Positions 11,887 to 23,927 are shown, counted from the whole stretch's first letter. The stretch: 63,986 bases of DNA, filler included, from Phoronis australis (GCA_002633005.1; 5 parts of 5 records of this genome joined end to end with filler, not necessarily neighbours in it), one strand, 5' to 3'. Numbers and translations are program-made. The notes: generated by a model not told the origin, from the sequence alone.

Positions 11887-14800
11887 GTATGAGGGCAGGC
11901 GAGAACAGTTTCTGTTCTCGTTCCATCTAGGCGTGCAAACACTTTAGAAAATTTCATCCCAACCAGCGACAGTTTAGAGAGTTTCGTTTTTATATGGTTC
12001 ATGCTTTGTTAACATAAATGGAGAAACGTTGATTGTGCGATCGAATCGCTTGCCTTAATGCAAACGTCGCTCAGGTTAAGATGACGTGACAGTTAAACAT
12101 CGTTGCATCTCCCCCGCTTTCAAGTAACTATTAATAACCAAAGTCAATGTTTATTAATATCTGTTTCTGCTTAGTGTTTTTACCTCGCACCATGACCTCG
12201 TTACGTGGTACCGTTATATTTGTAATGAAGGTCATACAAGCCAGTGGCGGCAGTGGCAGATCTGGACTTGGTTTTTGTAGCTGATTTCGTTTTCCTGGCG
12301 ACTTTTTTAATTTTTATTTTTGATCCTGTTCCGGGGAGGGGGTTAAATCTCCTGAACCTCGAGTAGATCCGAATCTGGGTCGCCGCACAAACATAACTGT
12401 TATAAGGTTATGTGGCCCTTAAAAGTCTGCGGATTTAGCCTCATATACAAAAGCTAGATATCAACTGTTTGTGATCGAAGTACACATTTCCTGAAACTAA
12501 GAAAACGCCCACATGAGAAAAACGTTTGCCTTGGGACAACAGCAATCTTCATAAAGTAGACGCAAAGAGGGATGCAGAAATGTAGGTTAGAAAAATGAGT
12601 GCGGGGCATGCAGTGCAAAATCAATTTAAACAGTCAAGCAAACCCCGTTCCGACTATAGGCTAGTTGGATGTTTGCTATTGAGCACTATGGTGTGGCCAG
12701 AATCGTTTTCTTTCCCTGTCTTTGTTCATGTGCATCATTTCAGTTCGCCAGCTTCACCGGGACTTCCTAAGGGCAGGGTCAGATGTCATTCAGGCCTTCT
12801 CCTTCTATGCTACCGGTGATAAACTAAAGAGCACGACGGGGCAAAGCCATGACGTAAGTATTGCGCGGGAAAATCAGAGAGGAACATTTACACGGGTGAG
12901 AAACAACATGACTGCCGGTCCTCTAAATCGGACTGACTCACCCAAAACAGTACCTCCGGGGATCAAATGGGACCGTCGCACCAGAAAATGGGACTGATCA
13001 CGCGCCTAAAAACATGACCGCCCCACCACAAACCAGGACCGCCGAGGACTGAACATGACCGCCGGACAATATGTAGTTATCAATGTCTTTGTATGATGCT
13101 GCTTGTGATTACGTAACCGGTCAGCTAGCTGTGTAAAGACTCGCCAAAATAAAGCTTGGTAGCACTGCGTTACTGAGCTCCGTTACATCCCCGAAATTTC
13201 CCACAGCCCGGGAATAGTTCTGCTCGTCACCTATTCGTGAAACTTATATTAACATGTAAGGCTAGCGAGCGGAGCAGGCGCATGCAAAATCTAAGAGTCA
13301 ATCAACACTCGATCACCTTGCAGGTTGCAGCCGCTTGAGTGAAAAATAATCTAATGAACGTCATTTGTTTGCCTAATGTAACAAAAAAGTCTGTCGCGCT
13401 CGTGACATGAGCACGCGCCATGTCCTAAACTCTGTCAAGCCAATACAGTTTTCAAATTCTTCGCCCCTTATAATATGTATTCGCGCATGCGGCCAAAGAA
13501 GTCGGATAGGCTGCTGCTTGAAATTGTGTCAAAAGTCAAATGTCAAAATTTCCATATAAGGTAAATGTGCCACATCTATGTCTTGCCGAACAACTAAAGG
13601 AGACGCTACGTTGCCGTGTGGTAGAAAAATTGAAGAAGTTACAAGCAGTTGATAGGTGTTTTTTTAAATTTGAAACTAACGGAAAAATGCTTTTACATCA
13701 AGAGAAATTGAAAATCTTTGCTAACAAATCGTCAAAATAACTGGCGAACATTTAGTTGACTTCTGTTTCAGAAGCCGAGAACCCCTTGAATAATGCAATT
13801 TAGTTTGTTTTCATTTTCTATGCCACTTTAACATTGGACTACATTGATATCTGGATTTATCCTCTATTAAGAAACCCCTATCATATGGAGTTGAAATCAA
13901 ATGGAAGGTTTGGGATCGTTGTTTGGAGTCTGTATTTAATTCTTTTCTTTGTGTGTCATATTATAGCATCAAATTGACAATGACGAAACCAAACACGCAA
14001 ACTGAATGTTTCCATTCCAGGTCTCTGAACTCAATGAAAAGGCGTGTGAATTGGCGCACGAGGTGGCTGATCCAGCTAATGCGTTCGTTTGCGCAGGAGT
14101 TTCGCCAACGCCCATGTACAGTGACAACACTGGAACCAAAGAAACGGTGCAAGCTGAGTTTCAGAAACAAATCGACGCCTTCCGCAATCATAACATCGAT
14201 TTTGTTTTAGCCGAGGTATGGCAATACGAATATCTCCACCCTACACCTTCAGCTGGCACAATCACCAACGCCACCATCACCACCATCAGTATTGCCACGA
14301 CCACCACAGAAACCAACATCGCTACCACCACCAGCATCCAATTGCAACCATGACTACCAATATTATCACCGCCACCATTTTTTCCACCACTACCATCACC
14401 AACATCACCACCAGCACTAAAATCACCACCACGGCTACCACCATTGCTATCATTGCCAACATCATTATCACCCCATTCACTACCATTTATACCACCATCA
14501 CCACCACGACCACCATCATCACCACTACCAACACACCACCATAACCACCACCACCATCATCACTACTATAACAGTTATCACTCAAATTAGCTATCACATC
14601 CCAAAATTCACCACTGCCATCCCAAAATTCACCACTGCCATCACCGTTAGAATCAACACCACCACCACCATGCCCAGCTCCACCGCCACCACCATCTACC
14701 ACTTCTATAACCATCGCCACCACCATCACATTTTAAGTGCGCCATTGGCATGTGCACTTTGGGTATTATATATACATCTTGTGGATTATCTGTTCGCCAT

Positions 14801-17800
14801 GAGCATTACAAATATACATTGGCCATAATATGTACGCCATCAGCATGGGTATCAGATATGTGCCGTTTGCATTTTATGTATACATATATGTGTCATGATA
14901 ATGTATACGTAAGCTATTGTGTCATTTAGCATTATATGTACTCCATGGGCATCATGTGTGAATCACCAGTAAGCTTCTGGCATTCCGATTTACAGCTTGG
15001 GGTTGAAATGTGTGTGAAATACAAGAACACGAGGGTTAGCTACTAAACAACTTTTAAGTTTTACAAAACTGTTGGCATAAACGAATTAGGCAGTATAAAT
15101 TAAGATGACACACGGAGTTGATTTGTCTTAGCCACTGCTGTTTTTAGTTTTTCGCACACATTGAAGAGATGGAATGGGCCATTGAAATTATGAGGAAATG
15201 TGGAAAACCTGTGGCGGCAACCATGAGGATTGGACCTGGTGGTGATTTGAACGGAGTATCTTCCGGGGAATGCGCAGTGCGCATGGCTAAGGCGGGTAAG
15301 TTGAGTTAGAGGGCCGTTCTCTGAGTGAAAATTAACAGTGATAATGAAAATGAAGTCGCACCGACTCTCCTGTCTTCGCTGCCCGTCAAAAGCAGAATTG
15401 TTGGAAGGTTTGCCTCATGTGGCGAGTTTTGCGCTGCGAATGCAAAAGTACACTTTCAATAGCTGTCTCGCGGCGAGAAAATTCTAGTCAAATTCCATGT
15501 TCCCATTAGGCCTATTGATACACGGAGACATCTCGCGTAGTCTCAGAAGGTCTTGCTTTTTTACTGGACTAAGACCGCAGTTTGATTTTGACGTTTTTGT
15601 CTGGGTTAATGAAAGCCCTTGTTTGCAACCTGTCTCAAGGCACCTGAAAAAAGCATAACTGACAAAAAGTACACTTTATGGGGTTTCTCAAAGACAAAGA
15701 AGTTCAACAAAGCTTTATCTTTTGCCTTGGTACGTCCACCGGGAATGAAATGCCAAAAATGGCCAAAATGGTCTTTTTTTACTCTAGATTCGAGAAATTC
15801 GGGCCAAAATATGTCATTATGAACCAGATTTTTCACAACTTCCCCTGTCTTAAGGGTTCCTAGATTCGCGCCAAGAATTCGACACTCAGCAAGGAGGTGC
15901 TCTGAAAATGGCGACACCTCCGTATCCGAGTAGACAAGAGCAGAGGCCAGATTATTAGACTCAATTTACTGAAAGAACTTCAAGGAACTAGCTGAGAACC
16001 CTTCGTGGCATTCACCTCCCACTTAGTCCACAGAACTGCCGCCAGGCCCAGTGCGCTCGTTCTTCTTCATTTTTGACCTTTCTTGTACTCCAAATATAGG
16101 TACACTGAAAACAGAAACAACTTACAGTGCAGGTAATGTTTTTAAAAATGGACCTGGAAAATCTACTGCTCACAGAGGGCGTTTTACATTTTCCTGAAAT
16201 TGATACACACCATCTCACCCCAAAACAAACTACCCGAACCTGCATTCGCCACGTTGCACGACATCATGGGGATAACTATGCTGAAAGTACGCCCTAGCTC
16301 CCAGTGCTTTCGATTAACATTTGTCTGGTTGGTTGTCCTTGAATACCATAAGCTAGACCTGTAAAACGTAGTTATTGGCGTGTGAATATGTTTGTCAATT
16401 TCAGGCGCTGAAATCGTTGGAGTCAACTGTTGTTTTGACATTGAAGCTACAATAAAGACGATTCGACTGATGAAAACTGCTTTAGAGGCGGAAGGATTGA
16501 CGCCGTTTCTAATGACCCAGCCAAGTTGCTATCATTGCCCTGAAGTTGAAAACACTCCTAATGGATACATGACGTTGCCCGAGTACCCCTTCGGTATGAT
16601 ATGTTTCTCCTTTTAGGAATTCGCAGTCATGTATTTAGCCTAAAATGTGTTTGCGAAACTGTCCCACAGTTTGGCTTGGTGGAGCTTAATGTTCGTTTAA
16701 AAAAACAGCATTGCCTTGACTCATGAACACTGACAATTCATTACATTGGCAACTGCAGTCATTGAACAATGTTTTTGTTGTCTGTGGTCGACTTCATGCA
16801 ATAGAAATTATCCTCAGAGTACAATTTATTCTGACTCCACCCTCCGTACACAGATTAGTTCAATGGTAGACATTTTAAGAACTGATAATATGTACACGAT
16901 TTATGTTTCTTTATTGACATTACAGATACCTGATTATTATGGAGATACACTTGTCTTGTTGATTTTTCCCCTGGTGTGGTATACTACACATTGAAAAACA
17001 GGGAGTCACGTTAAGGGTTTGGCAAAAGGCACGTATTTTGGTTCTTCATTCACCTCCATTGAGCAAACACCATGTCCCACTCGCTCTATAGAACACAGTC
17101 TGTGCCAATCAATCATGTTAACTCGTTGAAAGTGAATGTAAAACCATTGTGCTAGCTTTTACCCAGCCATTTATTTTCTGTTTTTCGTATATTCACTTGG
17201 TGTACATCTCACCTATGTTGTTTCACCAGCTCTGGAACCCCGCCTTTTCACGCGGTGGGACTGCCGCCGATATGCCAGGCAAGTCTATGAGCTCGGTGTT
17301 CGATACATCGGAGGATGTTGTGGCTTTGAGCCGTACCACATACGAGAAGTTGCCGAGGAGGTAAGATGCATGCTGGTATTCATGTAGTCCAACAGTTCCT
17401 TTTCGAAGTGCTGTCAACTCTCCCCTGGAGGGAAAGCGAGGCAATTAAGCGCATTACTGCATTCACCAAAGTATTTCTTTTCAATGTACTGATGATCACA
17501 TCAGCGAAGCTAAGAGAAGCGGGCCAAGCTCCGACTTCACCTACCGATGTATCCTACTGCCCTCGCCACATGAAACCTCCCCTCCCATACTTCACTTGAC
17601 GTTAGTGTGAGTTTTTACTATGCATTGACCAAAACTATTCACCTCTGTAAATGAACAAAAAATAATAAAAATATGTGGCTGTTACTGGTGGCAGTTAGTG
17701 TTCAAGGTAGTTTGTAAGGCTCCGGCTTTTTGACTCTCATTTGAACTGGGAAACTCCTGAAGATGAGTATATACATGTATGGAAAGTGTTGACCAAATTG

Positions 17801-20800
17801 ACAGTCGGGTAACGCAGGATCAAAACTTAGTTCATTGAAATCGCCATTTCTGAGTTACAACGCAGGATACAGTGGCAAAAGCTAAGGAAACTGAAATGAA
17901 ATGACTTCAAGCTATGTGTCTGTAATGGAAATCGTTTTGTTTTGAATGTTCCACTTTCGTATGAGAAGGTATCAAAAATTAGTACTTTTGTGTTTCTATG
18001 AAAATATTAAAAGTTCGATAAAACAAAATCGAAGCGGCGATAATTTAAAAAAATGTATCAGAGTTTTTGAGATTTTATAGTGAACCCTTAAATCAAGAAA
18101 AACTTGGTCAGTATTGATATCGTTATTTAGCTATGGCAGATATTGATAGACTGCCAGAAATGCTACAATAAAATCAAACGTGGTGATTGCCGATAACACG
18201 TAACAGTTGCTCCTAGCCTTTTCTTTAAAAACTCATTGGTTTTTCCTGTGGAAGTGCCTTGCTTTTAACTTGTCTAAGTTAAGACCGGAATTCGGGCTAA
18301 TTTAAGACCGAAGAAGAAAATTCAGAAAATTCGTTTCCTGAACACAAATTCGGTTTTCGGTCTTGGTCTTAACTTAGACCGAAACTAGTCGGTTTTGCCA
18401 TATGAGAGCATACGAACTTGCGCTTTCACCACCGTGTTGAATTATTTATTTTATGTCTCTGACAAACGCATAGTTTTACGTTACTATACCTGCACAGTTG
18501 GCCGTGGAAAGAGGACGGAGACCACCTGCTGCTGACAAGAACGCCCTCTTTGGAGCTCAAAACGTCAAGAGCATGTTTCCATTTGTCCAACCCAGGTGAG
18601 TTCTATTCTTTGGCAACGTTTTAAGGGTATGTTAGAGTGCGTGAAACACAATCAACCTCACCAAGTACCGTCCTGATGCCTAGTTGCCAACTGTCCTGGT
18701 TTTCGCGGTACTGTCTAGGTTTTTTGAAGGTTCGACCCGCGTCCCGTCACATCATCAAAGTGTCCCACATATTTACCTACGGCGAAATTGACATATTGTT
18801 ACTTTCCACGCGATATAGCCCAATTTTTTTCTGCTCGACTAAACACATAATGAAAAATTGTTGCGAATTTTCCGGGTGTTGCGGCGGACATTTCACCCTT
18901 GCTATTTGCCATAGACCCAGATGTCCCGCTTTGAATACGGATGTCCCTTTTTATGCGCCCATATACATGTATGGGTGCATCTCTTTCTGGGTGTCCGGGG
19001 TCCGGCGTCTTGGCGTTCGGGTGTCTGGCGTCCTCTGTTATCTCCTAAACCCCTTGCAGGATCTTACTGAAATTTTGCATTTGTGTTTCTATGCGACTGA
19101 CGACAAACGACTACGAGTTTTGGACCAAACCGAGTGCCGCTGTGCCCCCTAGTGGCAATTTTATTGTTTTACGTTTGCCTCTGTATCTTTGGAGTTCCTT
19201 GATGGATTTTCATGAAATTCGGCAAGTAGGTTTTTTATAAGGAGGCGATGATGTCATTCCATTTTCGGAAGGATTAGACGGATTTTACGCCACATTGTGG
19301 CTATTTTTGTTATTTTTAAATCCAATTTCTGGCGTCCGCCTCTGTATCTGCCGTACCGCTCGAAGGTTCATTATGAAATTTCATAGTTGTGTTCTTGATG
19401 AGAAAGCCACGGCTGACGTTGATTTTTGGACGGTCCCTCGTGGCGATTTTGTTTTTTGCGTCTGCTGCCGAATCTCCTTAACCCTTTGAAGAAGCTGTAA
19501 AATTTGAAAGGCGCGTTCCTATGGAGCCGACAACAAACGGTAACAAGTTTCGAACTTGAATACTACTTTGTCTCCTAGTGACAAAATGCTTTTTACGTTT
19601 ACCTCTGTGTCTTCGGAGTTCATTATATATTCATGAAATCAGGCAAATGGGTTTCCTTTAAGGAGACGACAACGCTTTCCCATTTTCGGACAGATTTGAT
19701 GTTTTCTGCGCAACGTCGTGGCCATTAAAAATTTTCGCATAAGTTTTTGGCGCCTGCCTCTCCATCTGCCAAACCGCTTGAAGGATCATTAGAAAATTGA
19801 CGGTTGTCTTCCTGTTGCGAAGACCCCAGCTGACGTTGATTTTCAGATGTTAATCGATTATTCTGGCGCTCTGTAGGAGCAATTTTGCTTTTTTGCATCT
19901 ATGACTGTATCTCCGTAACCCTTTGCGAAATTTGACACTTGGGCTCCTATTGAGATGGCAACAAATGCCGATCAGTTTCAGATCAATCGGACTGTAGCTA
20001 TCTACCCTAGTGACAATTGTTTTTTACGTTTGCCTCTATATTTACGAGTTCCTTGGCTTACATTCATGGAATTTGAGAAATAGTTGTGCATTACCGAGAC
20101 GACGCTACACCTGCACCTTCTCAATTCGGATGGAATTGACACATTCTGTGCTATCCATTGTCCATTTTTATGATACTAAAACACCCATAAAAGCTCACCG
20201 TTTGCGGTGCTGTCGTGGGCGCATTTCAACGCTCGACGTTGCTTTTGTTTAATCCCTGTGCCCGTCTTTTCACATTCGAATGTTGGCAACTATACATGAC
20301 GTAACATCATTGAAACATAAATAACAGCTAAGTATTATTAGTGACTTATTGTTATTCAAATGACATATGCAAAAATTTCTTTTTGAGCCTCAGAAGTGGG
20401 GCCTTCTACATCAATTTGGAGAACCCCGCCCGTTTACCACCAAGATTGGGCCTTCCTATATTAATGTAAAGGGCCTCGCTTTTCGGCCGCCTTCAGGCGG
20501 GGCCACTATATTAATACAATGGGTCCTGCTTTTGGCCGTCTTCAGATGGGGTGCCTGCATTAATGTAGGGGCACCATTTTGAAGCTCGAAATGGATTTCT
20601 TGCCTATGTCATTTTGATAAAAGTAAGTCAAAATGTCTTATTGTTACGAAGTTATTGTTAATAAAATGACTTAAGCAAAAATCCATTTTCTAGCCTCAGA
20701 AGTAGAGCTTCCTATATTAGTATAGGGAGCCCCGCTCGAAGACCACCAAGATGGGTCCTTTATATTATTAGAAAGGGCTCCGCTTTTTGGCCGGCTTCAA

Positions 20801-21301
20801 GTGAGGTCCCTGTATTGAAAAGAAGTCCCACTTTTGAAGCTTGAAAATGGATTTCTTACCTACGTCATTTTAATGAGAGAAAAACATTTGAAAGAATAAG
20901 TTGCTATAGCCATTTTTCCTGAAACCTCAGTACACTCCATGTTATCGACCTAATTTTATGTCTGAAAATCGACATGAGTACCCATTATCAATCTAAACTT
21001 AATGTGACCAGACAGTTGGGCACTCCCATCGGTTGTGTCTACATTTAGTGATCATGTTTAATGAGCAATCGCTCCGAATGTTTTAATCCGTAGCTGAACT
21101 GTCAAAATAAATGATGCTATCCAAATATATTAATGGTGCGAAGCATGGGATCAAAATTATCAGGTTTTTGTTATCTGTACCTTAGTTTAAAACGATTTCT
21201 GTTTTTCTTTAAGGAGCACCAAAGAGTATTGGACTAACCTAAAACCTGCCTTTGGTCGTCAGGATTGTCCGTTAATCTCCAAGCCACAAATACAGCTATG
21301 A
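11730..21301 (+). CDS. BHMT: Betaine-homocysteine S-methyltransferase family, 8 exons: join(11730-11886,12744-12853,14021-14215,15148-15295,16405-16593,17230-17360,18498-18595,21214-21301), 371 aa
   Basis: All introns are GT-AG with compatible phases (1,0,0,1,1,0,2); 1116 nt open to TGA. Motifs: [87 protein letters not shown]. Confidence 0.95.
12744..12853 (+). CDS. BHMT: BHMT exon 2
   Basis: tttcag| [36 protein letters not shown] |gtaagt. Confidence 0.93.
12891..13430 (+). mobile_element. Interspersed ~540-bp element, copy B (uninterrupted, in BHMT intron 2)
   Basis: Starts CACGGGTGAGAAACAACATGAC with repeated GACCG/GGACTGA motifs and ends in a GC-rich hairpin followed by CCATGTCCTAAA. Reverse complement of 7671-8666. 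Confidence 0.85.
14021..14215 (+). CDS. BHMT: BHMT exon 3
   Basis: ttccag| [39 protein letters not shown] |gtatgg. Confidence 0.93.
14260..14730. repeat. Degenerate (ACC/ATC)n trinucleotide microsatellite in BHMT intron 3
   Basis: Long run of CAC/CAT/ACC triplets; it generates the spurious Thr/His-rich ORFs. Confidence 0.9.
15148..15295 (+). CDS. BHMT: BHMT exon 4 (absent from the ORF track)
   Basis: tttttag| [50 protein letters not shown]|gtaagt. Confidence 0.93.
16405..16593 (+). CDS. BHMT: BHMT exon 5 (Zn ligand GVNC)
   Basis: tttcag| [33 protein letters not shown] |gtatga. Confidence 0.93.
17230..17360 (+). CDS. BHMT: BHMT exon 6 (Zn ligands GGCC)
   Basis: caccag| [43 protein letters not shown] |gtaaga. 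Confidence 0.94.
18272..18379. repeat. Short inverted repeat (MITE remnant)
   Basis: GTCTAAGTTAAGACC ... GGTCTTAACTTAGAC is a perfect 15-bp inverted pair. Confidence 0.6.
18498..18595 (+). CDS. BHMT: BHMT exon 7
   Basis: gcacag| [33 protein letters not shown]|gtgagt; aligns to the LAPERGFLPPASEK arm of vertebrate BHMT. Confidence 0.88.
18681..20292. mobile_element. hAT-like MITE (TIR TAGTTGCCAAC) split by a nested Helentron-type element
   Basis: TAGTTGCCAAC at 18681 and GTTGGCAACTA ending at 20292. TGTCCC(G) subterminal motifs lie on both sides of the insertion. Confidence 0.7.
18948..20250 (+). mobile_element. Non-autonomous Helentron-associated element (HINE/DINE-1-like architecture)
   Basis: In order: T-run; 5' subTIR ATGCGCCCA (18953-18961) with adjacent inverted copy TGGGTGCAT; GTCC/GTCT-like microsatellite; ~430-bp internal tandem units (CCTAGTG at ~19148, ~19574, ~20006); 3' subTIR TGGGCGCAT (20216-20224); 3' stem-loop CAACG-ctcga-CGTTG; T-run. 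No TSD. Confidence 0.8.
20358..20613. mobile_element. MITE copy 1 of a tandem pair
   Basis: AAATGACATATGCAAAAATTTC..GAGCCTCAGAAGTGG ... CCATTTTGAAGCTCGAAATGGATTTCTTGCCTATGTCATTT form imperfect ~45-bp TIRs. Confidence 0.65.
20664..20870. mobile_element. MITE copy 2 of a tandem pair
   Basis: Same TIRs and internal sequence as 20358-20613, lacking one internal subrepeat. Confidence 0.65.
21214..21301 (+). CDS. BHMT: BHMT exon 8 (terminal)
   Basis: ctttaag|[29 protein letters not shown]; matches the KEYWENL..ASGRP..SKP segment of vertebrate BHMT. Confidence 0.9.
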
Positions 21302-22734
21302 GTGGGAGGCTGAACAACGTTAGTAAATTTGTTCTGTTGACGGCGGGAAGGTGTTTGCACAACCTACGAAAGAACAGTCTAGTCGATACGTCAGTGTTTC
21401 TACGTGGCTTTTGAAGAATTCTCCCTTTAGGTGCCATGAATTTGCTGTCATCATTTATGAGCCTACTATTGCTATTAAAAGATGATAGTCGCTTGTGCAG
21501 TTCGATTGTATTTATATATCTTACTAGAGCCGGTACCTTTATATTGGAATGCGTACAGGTGAAAAGAGTGGACGGTGTTCGAGTGGGTTTAAAAGCAAGT
21601 GCTCGAGTACTCAACAGGCCGTATGTTTCGGATCATTCACATGGACAACGGCTTGGCCCACTTCAAAAGGTATACATGTTATTCTTGACTTTATCTAGGA
21701 CCTTATTACCATGCAAACGAGATATGACCATAGACTACTGGTTTAATGTGGACATTGGCGGATTGATTAACTAATTAATTTGTAATGTTAATTAATTGTA
21801 ACAAGAAAGGAAATGAACTGGAGAGGTTATACAAGTCAATAATTAAACCAACAGGTAAACAGTTTCAATGATTCAAACGATTGCTACCGGATAAAGACAA
21901 CATTTTTAGAATATACGTCTCCCACGCAATTGCTGTGAATAATCTAGTCAGGCATTCGTCCATACATTTTTATACATTACTTGGACCCTTGTTGCCGGTT
22001 GACACAATTACATTCTTCGTGAAAAATCCAGGATGCAGTGACAGTTACAAAAACTCTGTTAAACCATCCGAAATTTGCAGATACGGGTTTTATGATAGGA
22101 TAATGGACAAACATTTACAACTGAAATATGCTCATTACTTTGGTCGCAGTGAAGGACTTAACATAGAAGTTTAGAAATAGACCAATTTTTTCAGAAGGTA
22201 AACATTAGTCATTCACGTGAGACATTAGAGAACATTTTTACGATTATTATGTTACTAAAGAAGGAGGACTTTGGAAAATTACGAAATTCATAACAAATAG
22301 ACATTATTATTTTGAACACCTGTTGCATAGTTGACAATATTCCAAAACGAAAAAAACCCGGGACAACTGTACTGAAAAGCGGGACATCCGGATCAAGAGC
22401 GGGACAACTGGGTCTATGTCAAAACGCAAAGTTTTGAAATGTTCGCCGCAACACACAGAAACGTTGCGACCGTGTTTCGTGTCACGTGACACCCAAAAGC
22501 TTTCGACGGCATTTTTTGTTTTTTTAGTCGAATGGGAAATTGCGGACGCCGCAAAAACCTATGAAACGTCTAGTTTTTTTTTCTTTTAGTCGAGCTGGAA
22601 AATAGGGCTGTGTCGTGTGGGAAATCACAATAGATTATATTAGAGAGGATTCTCAGAGCGACGCGAACGCGAATTGACGTATCGCAAGCTCCGCCCTTTA
22701 CGAAAAGTCACGTGACACCCGAAAAACAAACAAG

Positions 22735-23014
22735 ATGTCAGAGGCAAACACACTGTCGCTAAACGGCGTTCCTGGTGGAATCGATGAGTGTTTTTTTCAC
22801 TATCCGAAAACGCTTCGATAAAGACATCAGGCGATGCTTTTCAGCAGAGAATCCTACGTTCATAATGTTGGAATTTGCAAAGGTGATGATAAAAGAATAG
22901 GTGTTCGAGGAAAAGTATTTCGGACCTAGCTAAAATCAGAAGAACCCCACACGGGGTTCACCTTCACCTGACAAATGGCAAGGCCAGCGATGCGATATGT
23001 TCATGCAGGGCTGG
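22735..23014 (+). pseudogene. Decayed first exon of a transposon-type SWIM zinc-finger protein (ISL2EU/Harbinger/Kolobok accessory-ORF-like)
   Basis: ESYVHNV..IGVRGKVFRT*LKSEEPHT/VHLHLTNGKASDAICSCRAG|gtatgt, with two stops and a frameshift. CxCxAG followed by a donor is typical of SWIM-containing TE proteins. Confidence 0.55.
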
Positions 23015-23927
23015 GTATGTAACTTAAAGTCGAATTATCTGTACGATGCCACAGAACAAAATCAGTGAAGATTCACCGATATTTTTATTCTGTCCTCTGC
23101 TAAAATCTGCTAAATGGAAAGTAGGTCACAACTGCACGTGGGACTACCCGAGTAAAGTAGGTCGAGTCGATAGCACTGTTTACGCTTTTGTAATCGACGA
23201 ACGAAATATTTCGATTAAAAAACTCAGGTTTATAGCTCAAGTACACACTCATCTTGTCCAAGGCAAGCAGTTAGCTCCGGTAGGTCTAGGACTGTGTCCA
23301 AGTCAAATTAATGCACGTAATTGCACTATTTTAAAATACATTTCAGAGCAGTTTGATTGTGTGGTGATAAGCCTGGAAAAAGTTTAAAAAATTGTGACAG
23401 TCCGCCAAGAGCGGCTAGTAAAATGTACACATTCAGCAATACAGTATTGGGCTGGATTCTTTTACAGTGTGAACTTCTTTTGATTTAATTTTAGGAGTTT
23501 AGGTAAATAATACAGATACGATGTCTGCTCTGAAATCGAATTAACATTACAACTGGGCAACAGGTAAACATTGCACAAAAGTTACTACAGAAACAATAGA
23601 AGCAGCAATGCCTGCTCGCGCATACACCTGCGCACACACTTAGCTAAGCAAATACATGCGCGAGTAGTTTTTTGAAATTTGTAAGTAGGATCTCAGTGAA
23701 CTTTCATTTATAATAGCAAAACAAATAGGCAGAAACTTAATGTCATTTTTTCCGTAAGATATACTGTAACATGATTTTTACCCCAAAAGACTCCTATAGA
23801 GTGGCTCAAGATTGGTGTTGAAAAGATATACAGTGCTCTATGGGTATCCTGATGCTTGGAAATGGCCGTCTGGCAGGTTAGCTCTGGTGGGTGTGGTCAG
23901 GGGAGCCAAGAGAATGACACTGGAAAA

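Noticed and set aside
14218-14729. His/Thr-rich and Val/Gly-rich ORFs
   Set aside because: Translations of an intronic trinucleotide microsatellite downstream of the exon 3 donor.
18637-19152. 171-aa ORF in BHMT intron 7
   Set aside because: It crosses a MITE/HINE junction, has a non-ATG start and shows no recognisable motif.
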